Source of the DNA: an uncultured Chlamydiae bacterium
GTDB taxonomy: Bacteria; Chlamydiota; Chlamydiia; Chlamydiales; JAJFMA01
DNA: 64,000 nt
Assembly (NCBI GenBank): GCA_963713615.1
Contig: CAVQMM010000001.1
Location: 1,952,001-2,016,000, forward strand
Direction: 5' to 3'
Numbering within the stretch: the stretch's first letter is position 1; every line of letters starts with the position of its first letter. Below are positions 18,823 to 28,108 of this stretch, piece by piece. The position numbers were made by a program, and so were the translations under genes. The notes below the pieces were generated by a model. That model was not told the DNA's origin and searched no databases. It saw only the letters and a list, made by a program, of their open reading frames with translations.

Positions 18823-20165
18823 AATGCCAGGGGTCAGTCGTGACTTATTGACTTGTTGCCTTCAGTCAAAGGGCCTGTCCGTAACGAAAAGTCAACAAGT
18901 CACGTCTAGACCCCTAACACGTCTGACCCCTAACATTGTGAGAAGGCGATTCTGGAGAGCTTAAGTGGTATGGCACTATCCAGTCTGGAAAGACAGGCTT
19001 TTTTCCCTTCCCAGGCCCGAAGGGTCGATATTGCAACAGGCCATGGCATCGCCATGGTATATGCCAAAACGGTTTTAGCAGCCTGTAGGGCTGCCATAAA
19101 GCGCATGCATAAATGGTGTTTGTAAACTGGCGTCTTGTAGCAGTCCTTCAGACTGCGAAATCCCTTCCTGGCATATACCATGGCGATGCCATCGGCCTGT
19201 TGCAATATCGACCCTTCGGGCCTGGGAAGGGAGAATGCCAGGGGTCAGTCGTGACTTATTGACTTGTTGCCTTCAGTCAAAGGGCCTGTCCGTAACGAAA
19301 AGTCAACAAGTCACGTCTGACCCCTAACATCTGACCCCTAGCATTGTGAGAAGGCGATTCTGGAGAGCTTAAGTGGTATGGCACTATCCAGTCTGGAAAG
19401 ACAGGCTTTTTTTCCCTTCCCAGGCCCGAAGGGTCGATATTGCAACAGGCCATGGCATCGCCATGGTATATGCCAAAACGGTTTTAGCAGCCTGTAGGGC
19501 TGCCATAAAGCGCATGCATAAATGGTGTTTGTAAACTGGCGTCTTGTAGCAGTCCTTCAGACTGCGAAATCCCTTCCTGGCATATACCATGGCGATGCCA
19601 TGGCCTGTTGCAATATCGACCCTTCGGGCCTGGGAAGGGAGAATGCCAGGGGTCAGTCGTGACTTATTGACTTGTTGCCTTCAGTCAAAGGGCCTGTCCG
19701 TAACGAAAAGTCAACAAGTCACGTCTGACCCCTAACATTGTGAGAAGGCGATTCTGGAGAGCTTAAGTGGTATGGCACTATCCAGTCTGGAAAGACAGGC
19801 TTTTCTCCCTTCCCAGGCCCGAAGGGTCGATATTGCAACAGGCCATGGCATCGCCATGGTATATGCCAAAACGGTTTTAGCAGCCTGTAGGGCTGCCATA
19901 AAGCGCATACATAAATGGTGTTTGTAAACTGGCGTCTTGTAGCAGTCCTTCAGACTGCGAAATCCCTTCCTGGCATATACCATGGCGATGCCATGGCCTG
20001 TTGCAATATCGACCCTTCGGGCCTGGGAAGGGAGAAAAGCCTGTCTTTCCAGACTGGATAGTGCCATACCACTTAAGCTCTCTAGAATCGCCTTCTCACA
20101 AAAAAAGGTAACCTTTTTTCCCGAGAATCGATTCTCAAGGGCTCAAATAATTTTGCAATTACCTC
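18823..20165. repeat. Three tandem units of about 410 bp built from REP-like hairpins and part of the 752-bp element
   Basis: AATGCCAGGGGTCAGTCGTGAC starts at 18823, 19234 and 19642. The last unit ends in the element terminus TGCAATTACCTC. Confidence 0.9.
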
Positions 20166-20169
20166 TATA

Positions 20170-20350
20170 TGGTTCTTGGGGATTGGGGGCGGAACGCATC
20201 ACTTTAGAAATTAATGGATTAAAAAATTTAAAACATATCCAATGCCGCTTCCTCTGCGTCTCAGCGCCTCTGCGTCTCAGCGCCTCTGCGTTAAATTTTC
20301 TAGGCTAATTGCACCTGTATGCAATGTGCCCCCAATTCTTCCCAAGAACC
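20170..20350. repeat. Palindromic element with CTCTGCGTCTCAGCGC internal repeats
   Basis: GGTTCTTGGGGATTGGGGGC pairs with GCCCCCAATTCTTCCCAAGAACC. Confidence 0.6.
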
Positions 20351-20461
20351 TTACAGGTTCGTACGGTACCTAGTTCGCCCAAATCCAAAGTGGTCGCGAG
20401 CGACTGCACAGGTTCCTTGCGACGGCAGTGCTAAGCGGCATCGTATGGATTCGGTTAGGCT

Positions 20462-21520
20462 TCATGTACTAACCCTTCTACCTCTCTCTTTGAGGATGGA
20501 TATTGTTTCTTCAAGCTTCCACCGACCCTTTAGTGCCAAATCATAAACTGATAGTACTGTCTCACTTGTTTGACTATAATTGACCCCTAAGCCGCAATTA
20601 GTTACAAACAGGAAAGCCTCTTCAAAACTAAGCCCATGATATTTAATTAAATAAGCAAGGACTATTACATAATTCCACTCAGCTTCGTTAGTAAAACGGT
20701 AAAGCAAAACCCCGCCATTATGAATGCATCGATAGAGAACGTCTGCATAATAATCTAGCCGAAGATACTGATCAACTGCAGACCCATCCACCTGAACAAG
20801 CGATCCTATCTGATAGCCTTGCAATTCGATACCTTTTTCGTTTAGGTAATTGGCGTTCAAGTTTTGGGTCCATTCCATGGGACATATCAGATGTTTAACG
20901 TCCATGTCGTCTACAAGCTCGTGACACCTGCCGTTACCTACGAACAAGCCAGGCAAAACCTTATAATAATATGGCTTGTCTGACGAATTCAAAGGTAAGT
21001 CTTTTTGCGTTAAGCCTACAGGTAAAGGTAATATTTCTTCTGGTATGCCATCTTCATTTCCAGGTTGTTTCAACAAATTATTTATGTCAGCAAGAGCATT
21101 TTTTACTATTTCTTTTTCACACTCAGTGACAAGACTGTCAAATGGTTGCGACTGTTCAATTAGGTCGTTAATGTTTCCATTACCTGCGCTATGCGACTGG
21201 TCACTCATCTCTTTGTTCGGTTTCGATAACCCAGTTTTGAGGTTCCAGTTGTTTTCATCATCTACCTGCTGCTCTACGACGGTTTCTCCATTAAGTGCTC
21301 GCTTAGCTGCTAGGTAATTTTTTGCAAACATAGCACCTGCAATTAAAAATGCAGTAGTGACACAACCAAAGGCTAGCGTTTGGGTGGAGTTGTTCCGGTC
21401 TTCATTGGACTTATTCAAAGCATTTACTGCTGGAGCTAAAGCACTTAATGTAGTAATAGCAATATATGATGGTCTAACATGCTCTGCTACTGTATTTAAT
21501 AAACTTCTTATTGCTTCCAT
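20462..21520 (-). CDS. Hypothetical effector-like protein with N-terminal hydrophobic segments and a degenerate dual-specificity-phosphatase domain
   Basis: KVLPGLFVGN, VKHLIC, GVLLY and IVLAYLIKYHGLSFEEAFLFV are DSP-like, but there is no HCxxGxxR. GAGGAG RBS before ATG 21520. Confidence 0.6.
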   Translation of the reverse strand: MEAIRSLLNTVAEHVRPSYIAITTLSALAPAVNALNKSNEDRNNSTQTLAFGCVTTAFLIAGAMFAKNYLAAKRALNGETVVEQQVDDENNWNLKTGLSKPNKEMSDQSHSAGNGNINDLIEQSQPFDSLVTECEKEIVKNALADINNLLKQPGNEDGIPEEILPLPVGLTQKDLPLNSSDKPYYYKVLPGLFVGNGRCHELVDDMDVKHLICPMEWTQNLNANYLNEKGIELQGYQIGSLVQVDGSAVDQYLRLDYYADVLYRCIHNGGVLLYRFTNEAEWNYVIVLAYLIKYHGLSFEEAFLFVTNCGLGVNYSQTSETVLSVYDLALKGRWKLEETISILKERGRRVST

Positions 21521-21893
21521 AACTTGTTCTCCTCTTATGAGATTATGATTTTTATGGCGATAATACATAAATTGAATGTTTCACACAAGTTGAATTTCTT
21601 TCCACTGCATTAGTCCAACCTAGTTTAATAGACAATATGGACATGATGGATGTTTGTAAAACAAAGAAAATTCTTTAAAGCAGTTGTAACTCTTAAAGGT
21701 ATTGAAGAATCAGCTCAAGGATCTGTTAGCCCCGGGGAGTTAAGCGCTTATGGAGCATCACTCTAGGTAGATATTTACTAATTACAAGTTATAATGAATA
21801 ACCATTACACACAAAATTAAATAGATTAATATTGACCTATATTACTATAAACATTAAAGTATCAACTTAGTCCTGCAGAAGGTAACTATAAGT

Positions 21894-22997
21894 GTGAATC
21901 GAACAAACAATAAAAGAGTTTTGTTAATGGCACTTCATTTATTATCTCAAAGACCTACAAAAACTTTCCTTGCCTCTCTAGTTATTTTTATTACTTGCTG
22001 TGTGTTAACTACAGAGCAACCTCTTCTTTCCGAAGAGCTTCCCACAAACAGTTCAATTGTGCGACGGGTAGCTTTTGATCTTGGATCCGGTAAAGTGAAG
22101 GTTCAAGTAGCCGATGTCGATGTGACCACTAATACTATCTTCCGAGTGGTTTTTACCAAATCCGTTCCCCTCGAAATGAGTCAAGACCTCGTTAGTGGTG
22201 GTCAAGGTCGTTTTAGTGAAAAGATTCAGACCAAAGCTCTCGAAACAATTGCCAAGTTAAAAAGATTAACTGATGTATTTGCACCAGAGAGTTACCGTGG
22301 CGTTGCCACAGCAGCCTTCCGTAAGGCCAGTAATGGCGGCGATCTCATTCAGCAGATAGACAGTCAACTAGGCATTCCTGTGACCATCATCGATCAAGAC
22401 GAGGAGGGAGCTCTCGGGTTTCTAACCATGATAGCTGAATCTGGCGCAGATCCCGAAGAGGTCATTTGCTGGGACACTGGGGGCGGCAGCTTTCAGATTA
22501 CGGCACAATGTGGGCAAGAAGTCAGTGTTTTGCAGGGAGATTTGGGAATTAATTCTTTCAAGAACTGGATCATCCGCGAACTCGATCACCAAGACCCCAA
22601 TGATACGGCGTCCCCAAATCCTATATGGATCCATGAAATAGGCGAAAGCTTGGAATATGTGGCCTCCAAAATGGGTGAAATCCCCTCTTGCGTGAGGAAA
22701 CGGTTGAATGATTATTATGTGCGCATTGCATTCCTTAGCCATTCGGCTGTTTTGCCAGATCAAGCAGTTGTCACTTCGAATGACTTGTGGAATTTGTTAG
22801 AGGAACGCCTAGGCCTCTCCGATGAAGAGCTTGCTATCAACCTTTCTTTAAGACGCTCGAATACCGATATCGCCGTTGCTTACCCCCTGCTTCTGCTGGG
22901 AATCATGAAATCGTTGGGTATTCATGAGCTACATGTTTATGAAATCGTCTCAGGAAATACCAGTGGTTTGCTGATCTCCGAAAAATACTGGGATTAA
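21894..22997 (+). CDS. Ppx/GppA-family phosphatase with an N-terminal signal or anchor
   Basis: AFDLGSG, ATAAFRKASNG, IIDQDEEG and WDTGGGSFQI (ASKHA fold). Hydrophobic FLASLVIFITCCVL near the N-terminus. Confidence 0.8.
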   Translation: MNRTNNKRVLLMALHLLSQRPTKTFLASLVIFITCCVLTTEQPLLSEELPTNSSIVRRVAFDLGSGKVKVQVADVDVTTNTIFRVVFTKSVPLEMSQDLVSGGQGRFSEKIQTKALETIAKLKRLTDVFAPESYRGVATAAFRKASNGGDLIQQIDSQLGIPVTIIDQDEEGALGFLTMIAESGADPEEVICWDTGGGSFQITAQCGQEVSVLQGDLGINSFKNWIIRELDHQDPNDTASPNPIWIHEIGESLEYVASKMGEIPSCVRKRLNDYYVRIAFLSHSAVLPDQAVVTSNDLWNLLEERLGLSDEELAINLSLRRSNTDIAVAYPLLLLGIMKSLGIHELHVYEIVSGNTSGLLISEKYWD

Positions 22998-23066
22998 AGC
23001 CCTTACTCTGAACTTTTGTAGATAAGAGTCAATACCTTACACATCATCGAATAACACGCGCAGCGC

Positions 23067-23359
23067 TTCCAAGTAACTCAAAAGGTTGGCTGGCGCAATT
23101 TCCTATGTGGCGCAGTCATTCCATGCATTCCAAGACTGCGAGAACGGTTGAAACAGATTCTGTTTGCATCTCATGGAACGTTTGTTTTGCATGTCTCCAC
23201 AATTGCAACGGATTGTTCGCATTCATGGAATGACTGCGCCACAGGGGATTGTTTTCATAAAGTTATGTGGGTAAAGGCCCCCGCAGTCATGGAATGACTG
23301 CGGATGGGCCCTTACCCACATAGGAAATTGCGCCAGCCAACCTTTTGAGTTACTCGGAA
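23067..23359. repeat. MITE-like palindromic element of about 290 bp
   Basis: Terminal inverted repeats of about 40 bp (AGTAACTCAAAAGGTTGGCTGGCGCAATTTCCTATGTGG), with internal GCAGTCATTCCATG inverted repeats. Confidence 0.85.
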
Positions 23360-23438
23360 TCTTCAACTTCAACTAGTTATCGTTTATTAAACTAATTACT
23401 TTCTGTTATAATTCATTTATAAATAGGGAGGGTTAGTT

Positions 23439-25355
23439 GTGGAAGACTATAGACTTGCTCCTGATAAATATACGTTGGGTAATGCTCTAGTTTGGGGAAA
23501 TTGCAACGAACATCGTAAAAAAATATTCGAAGCGGGTCAATCTTGGTCTGGCAGGATAGTCCATAGCCTTATTGCCTTTTTGGAAGCTATACCCGTCCTG
23601 GGTCAAATTGCCTCTCTTGCAGAAATGCGACTCGCCCGCGGTGGCTCAGCAAGCAAAGCGATCAAAAATCCGTCAAAACTTTCAGTTCAAGGAGAACAGG
23701 GAAGAAAAGGCCCTCTATCGGGTGCGGCCGAAAAGGTCGAAATCATTTATATGGTCCCTGCCGACGCCAAGAAAGGTAAAGAGGCGCTTGAACTCGTGAA
23801 AAAGCTCATACAGGATGGAATGACCATCGATAGAGACTACATCATGTTCAACTACCCTAACCTAATAGCAAGGGTAGGAAAAGAAAATGAAGCGGAGGCC
23901 CGCAAACTTATTAACGAAACGTATCTGAGCCAGTTGCAAGAAGGTATTTCAGCAGGTGAGGTCCCCATCCCTCAATCCGTTCTAGCCCTGCTGAAGTATC
24001 ACAACAAAGAAAGTGTCGTTCAATCTCATGAAGCGATCATCAGGCAAGAAATGACAACAATGCTGGCTAATTTACCAAAAGATAAGCTTCAAGAACCCGA
24101 ACCTTCGCAATTGGTTGATCAGCTTCGTAGTATTCTTTTTGAATGCATTTCCAAAAATATAGAAATGGACCAAGACGAAGTTGCACAGTTTAAAGAAGAC
24201 CTTATTCATCTCCATGATTTGGAACTCCACTGGCTAAAAGTCAAAGAAGAGAGTCAAAAACATCTACGTGAAAGGATCTCCGAATGCGATATCGTTATTT
24301 CCGATCTTTGCAAAGGAATAAACGACCAAAAATTTGTCGCCGATTTAAAACAAACAGTGAAAGATGAGTTGTTAAGGGTTCCAATACCTGATTTTACTCA
24401 ATCACAAATTAATGCCGCGTTAAGAGTTAAATCTAAGGATAATACTTTCCGTCTATTACGTGCAATTGCTGTAAGCATCAATCAAGATGATGTAGATAAC
24501 TATAAAAATTATATTAGTCAGTCAACAGAGCATGTTCTAAAACAGATTCTTTCCAGCAATTTTGTTTCTAGTCTTTGGATGAAAAAATTTAATTGTGAAC
24601 AAAAAGTACGCTATTCTCAAATCAGCGGAGGAAATGATGAAGTATTAGGCAAGGGGTGTTGCCTTGCGATTAACTTAAATTGGGGAAAATCTCTAGCTAC
24701 TTTAGGAACAACAAAGATAAAATCAGTAGAACAACTTTATCAAAATCCAGATTCTGAGGGTGAGCAGTCCAAACTATTAATAAAAGCTCTTACTAATACA
24801 AATATTCTTGAAAAAGCAAAAAAATATAGGCCGTCAAAGCATGACTCTTCGGAGGACGAAGACTCTTCCTGGGACGAATTTGAAAGTCCCAGGCCAGATT
24901 TTATTTATGATGACTCCAAAGACAATGTAAAGACAAAGGAACGATTCGTTCAAGCCAAGTTTGCGCATGAATTCAAGTCAGATAATTCAACACACCTCAT
25001 CCAAAACGTTGTCAAAAAGGATGGCTTTGCAGCAAAAAAGGTGCCTATAAACAAGCTACAAACCATAGGAACTAATCTAAAAACAATAAATAGTGATAAT
25101 AAAAAAAATGGAAATGATTTCGATTCACTTGGCTTTATAGCTCTAACAATTAGAGATAACACTGGCGTTGGTCATGCTATTGGTTGCAAAATAGATCATA
25201 ACACCGACCTCTTCCGGTTTTGGGATCCAAATTTTGGTATATTTGAGACAAAGAACTTTGAAGATTTCTGCAACGCATTTGATGCATTTCTCGAGCAACA
25301 CTATAAGGGATGGTTTCCAACTGAGGCAAATGAGATCTTTAAAGTAGCTGCGTAG
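23439..25355 (+). CDS. Candidate secreted effector with a C-terminal YopT/AvrPphB-like (C58) cysteine protease domain
   Basis: GKGCCLAINLNW, GHAIG and FWDPNFG give Cys, His and Asp in the C58 order. AT-rich gene with an AGGGAGG RBS. Confidence 0.75.
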   Translation: MEDYRLAPDKYTLGNALVWGNCNEHRKKIFEAGQSWSGRIVHSLIAFLEAIPVLGQIASLAEMRLARGGSASKAIKNPSKLSVQGEQGRKGPLSGAAEKVEIIYMVPADAKKGKEALELVKKLIQDGMTIDRDYIMFNYPNLIARVGKENEAEARKLINETYLSQLQEGISAGEVPIPQSVLALLKYHNKESVVQSHEAIIRQEMTTMLANLPKDKLQEPEPSQLVDQLRSILFECISKNIEMDQDEVAQFKEDLIHLHDLELHWLKVKEESQKHLRERISECDIVISDLCKGINDQKFVADLKQTVKDELLRVPIPDFTQSQINAALRVKSKDNTFRLLRAIAVSINQDDVDNYKNYISQSTEHVLKQILSSNFVSSLWMKKFNCEQKVRYSQISGGNDEVLGKGCCLAINLNWGKSLATLGTTKIKSVEQLYQNPDSEGEQSKLLIKALTNTNILEKAKKYRPSKHDSSEDEDSSWDEFESPRPDFIYDDSKDNVKTKERFVQAKFAHEFKSDNSTHLIQNVVKKDGFAAKKVPINKLQTIGTNLKTINSDNKKNGNDFDSLGFIALTIRDNTGVGHAIGCKIDHNTDLFRFWDPNFGIFETKNFEDFCNAFDAFLEQHYKGWFPTEANEIFKVAA

Positions 25356-25441
25356 TCCAATTTTCCGTTTTATCGACTTTCTCTTTACCTCTCATCATGC
25401 AATTTCAAAATCGCATTTTGAAATTGCATGATGAGAGCGAT

Positions 25442-25500
25442 ATGTATCTTACACGCGCGATAGAAGCCTCGCTTCTCAGAGCCATTCGGCAGTTTCCTAA
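25442..25500 (+). pseudogene. 5' remnant of an AAA+ ATP-binding (DUF4143-type) gene
   Basis: MYLTRAIEASLLRAIRQFP matches the typical N-terminus but breaks off before the GPRQxGKT P-loop. Preceded by the palindrome ATCATGCAATTTCAAAAT...ATTTTGAAATTGCATGAT. Confidence 0.45.
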
Positions 25501-25786
25501 GCCTCCTGGCCACTCGCGCGGGGCAGCTTCTCAATATCTCAGAAGTCTGAATGTCCATTTCTTGCGCCGTACAAAATCCTGTCTGAGGATTTTGTCGAAG
25601 GATAACCCTACAGAAGTCCTTAGAGTGAATTTTGTCTAAGGCCCCACAAACGGGTTATTCTATCCTCTCTCTCCGATCTCGGCGTCTCTGTGTTCTCTGT
25701 GGTAAAATCCTAAAAAGCCCCACAAGCGGCTCGCAAGGCAAAGCGCCCAAACAAGAATGTGTGCTCTCCTTTGCGTTAAACTCCCG

Positions 25787-26605
25787 CTAGTAGCGAAAGT
25801 AGGTACGGGCATCTTTCCACGTATATTGAACACGTTCTTTGCGGTCCCAATCGTAACGCACTTGTACACTCAGATAAGGGTAGGCGTGATTGTTGTCGAT
25901 ATTACGCCCTTCGTATCGTTGGTATAGCTTCACAAACACTTCTTTATTATACCAAGGCGGTGTCGAAACGTCGGTATCCTTGTCATACCGCTCAAATTCT
26001 GTGTGAGCTTTATCGCCGCGATATTTTGGAGTGTCTCTATAATATTGAAAAATCAGCTCCAAAATACTTTCAGGGCGATTCTCCAGGCCCATAACATAAA
26101 AAGAGGCCTCAGCACCCACAAGGTGTTTACTGCTAGCGTTTGCTGGCGATGGATCTAGGTACTTATTGTGATCCGGACAGCGATGCCCTGAGGTGATCAC
26201 GACACGCTTACCTGTTTTGTCCTGAATGTAATTGGTCAGGTCAATCAGGATGGGATAGATACTCTCTTTGCCATCACGCACGGGAAGACCATGCGTATCG
26301 CCTCCACCGCAATCGCTGTGATGGATGGCAGGCCCCTGCGCTTGAGCTACCACATGTGTGGGATTGGTGGCACAGCCGCGACACCGAAAAAACTCCTTAG
26401 TAATTCGAGGATGCTGACTACGCATTCCTGAATCCCATGGATACTGCTCGGGAGCCTGCCACGAAGGCGGCGTGGCTACAAAGACAGATTCGTCGTGTTG
26501 TCGGTCGATATAAGAAGCTAGTTGGTTATTGCGTCGAGATCCTTCGTCTCCCGACGTACAGGCTACCAACAGGCACAAAAGCAAAAGAGGAAACCATTTC
26601 ATCAT
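25787..26605 (-). CDS. Lipoprotein with a peptidase M15A-like motif
   Basis: Lipobox LVAC, ITSGHRCPDHN and SKHLVG. Confidence 0.6.
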   Translation of the reverse strand: MMKWFPLLLLCLLVACTSGDEGSRRNNQLASYIDRQHDESVFVATPPSWQAPEQYPWDSGMRSQHPRITKEFFRCRGCATNPTHVVAQAQGPAIHHSDCGGGDTHGLPVRDGKESIYPILIDLTNYIQDKTGKRVVITSGHRCPDHNKYLDPSPANASSKHLVGAEASFYVMGLENRPESILELIFQYYRDTPKYRGDKAHTEFERYDKDTDVSTPPWYNKEVFVKLYQRYEGRNIDNNHAYPYLSVQVRYDWDRKERVQYTWKDARTYFRY

Positions 26606-27429
26606 AGCTCGTCAGGATACCGCACTTTCACAAGAAATAAGCCGTGTGATGGGGCCGCCTGTCCCGCTAAGCGTCTGTCACGGGCTTGCAAGAGGCGCGC
26701 TATGTCCTCAACTGGTCTTTTGCCATCGCCAACCTCTACCAAAGTGCCTACAATATTGCGCACCATCTTATACAAAAAACCTTCTCCATCAAACTCTAGC
26801 CTCACTCCCTCGTCATCTGGCACCACGTCAAGTCTCCACAACGTCCGCACGGCATCTTTAGAAGCACTGCCTTTGTGGGTTTCATTGGCAAAGGAGGTAA
26901 AATCGTGCCTCCCAATGAATTGCTGGGCTGCCAGGCGCAGGGCTTCAAGATCCATCCTGTGACGTACATGCCAGCGATAAAGACGGTGAAATGGATTTTG
27001 GGTGCGGTTAAGCGTCAGAAAATAATGGTATTCCTTGCCAATAGCGCTATAGCGAGCATGAAAATGAGCCGGAGCGGGCTCCAGAGTCAATACGCGTATA
27101 GCGTGAGGCAGTATGCCGTTTAGTGCATGAATAATACGAAAAGTGTCCAACGGTTCCCGAGAGTGAAAATGTGCGACCTGCTCCAGAGCATGCACACCAG
27201 AGTCTGTACGTCCCGCCCCTAAAACGGTCACGTGATATTTAAGCAATACGGCAAGGGCTTTTTCGACAAGCTCCTGAATGGTCACGCCATTGGGCTGAAC
27301 CTGCCAACCGCTGAATTCCGTGCCATCATAGGCAAGGTTCATACGGTAGCACAGCTGCGGAAGATCGGGTTCGCTAGTGCCCATAATTATCATTAACTGT
27401 TGGGAGTGTGTGTGCAAAGAGAGCGGCAT
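26602..27429 (-). CDS. truA: tRNA pseudouridine(38-40) synthase; true start probably near 27384
   Basis: YDGTEFSGWQ, AGRTDSGVHA and GFLYKMVRNIVG. Confidence 0.97.
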   Translation of the reverse strand: MPLSLHTHSQQLMIIMGTSEPDLPQLCYRMNLAYDGTEFSGWQVQPNGVTIQELVEKALAVLLKYHVTVLGAGRTDSGVHALEQVAHFHSREPLDTFRIIHALNGILPHAIRVLTLEPAPAHFHARYSAIGKEYHYFLTLNRTQNPFHRLYRWHVRHRMDLEALRLAAQQFIGRHDFTSFANETHKGSASKDAVRTLWRLDVVPDDEGVRLEFDGEGFLYKMVRNIVGTLVEVGDGKRPVEDIARLLQARDRRLAGQAAPSHGLFLVKVRYPDEL

Positions 27430-28108
27430 GCTTGTCTAAGAGGCATTCTGCAAGCACCAAGTCGTCAGGAGTTGTGATTTTGAGGTTTGAATAATCCCCC
27501 TGAACGAGCTTGACGGGCTTTCCTAGAGCCTCAACAAGGGATACATCATCAGTAACGGCGATGTTATGGGCTAATGCATGTTGAAAAGCATCCCTAAGCA
27601 AAGTAGCTCGAATGACCTGAGGCGTCTGAATCTCCCACAAACAAGACCTTTCCAAGGTACTATGGACAAGATTGTCGCCATAGCTTTGCTTGACAGTAGC
27701 TTTGAGGGGAACACCGACGGTGGCGGCGCCATGCTCTGCGGCTCCCTCCAGGGCAGACACAAGCATTTGATGCGTGATCATGGGCCTTGCAGCGTCGTGG
27801 ATACAGATATAATCGGCATCCTGCGAGGCGGCCTGCAGCCCATTGTAGACGGAATCTTGGCGTCTTGGGCCTGGTTCCGCAAAAACTAATGGGATTCTCG
27901 AAAAGGCGCTAGAAAAATAATGGCGGTAGTCAGGATGACAAACAACAATGAGCTCTGATATCGCAGGACTGTTTACAAAGAGGTCAAAGCTGTAATGGGC
28001 AACCGGTTTGCCATCGAGAGGTAGGTACTGCTTAGGTGTGTCTCCCCCCATGCGCGTGCCGGTGCCTCCAGCCAGAAGAATAGCACTCACCCTCCCCCAT
28101 CCTGTCAT
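27374..28108 (-). CDS. ispD: 2-C-methyl-D-erythritol 4-phosphate cytidylyltransferase
   Basis: LAGGTGTRM, PKQY, IHDAARP, QTPQ and NLKITTPDDL. Confidence 0.97.
   Translation of the reverse strand: MTGWGRVSAILLAGGTGTRMGGDTPKQYLPLDGKPVAHYSFDLFVNSPAISELIVVCHPDYRHYFSSAFSRIPLVFAEPGPRRQDSVYNGLQAASQDADYICIHDAARPMITHQMLVSALEGAAEHGAATVGVPLKATVKQSYGDNLVHSTLERSCLWEIQTPQVIRATLLRDAFQHALAHNIAVTDDVSLVEALGKPVKLVQGDYSNLKITTPDDLVLAECLLDKHAALFAHTLPTVNDNYGH

Noticed and set aside
18823..20165. Possible CRISPR array
   Set aside because: Units are about 410 bp, the sequence between the hairpins is essentially identical in each unit, and no cas genes are present.
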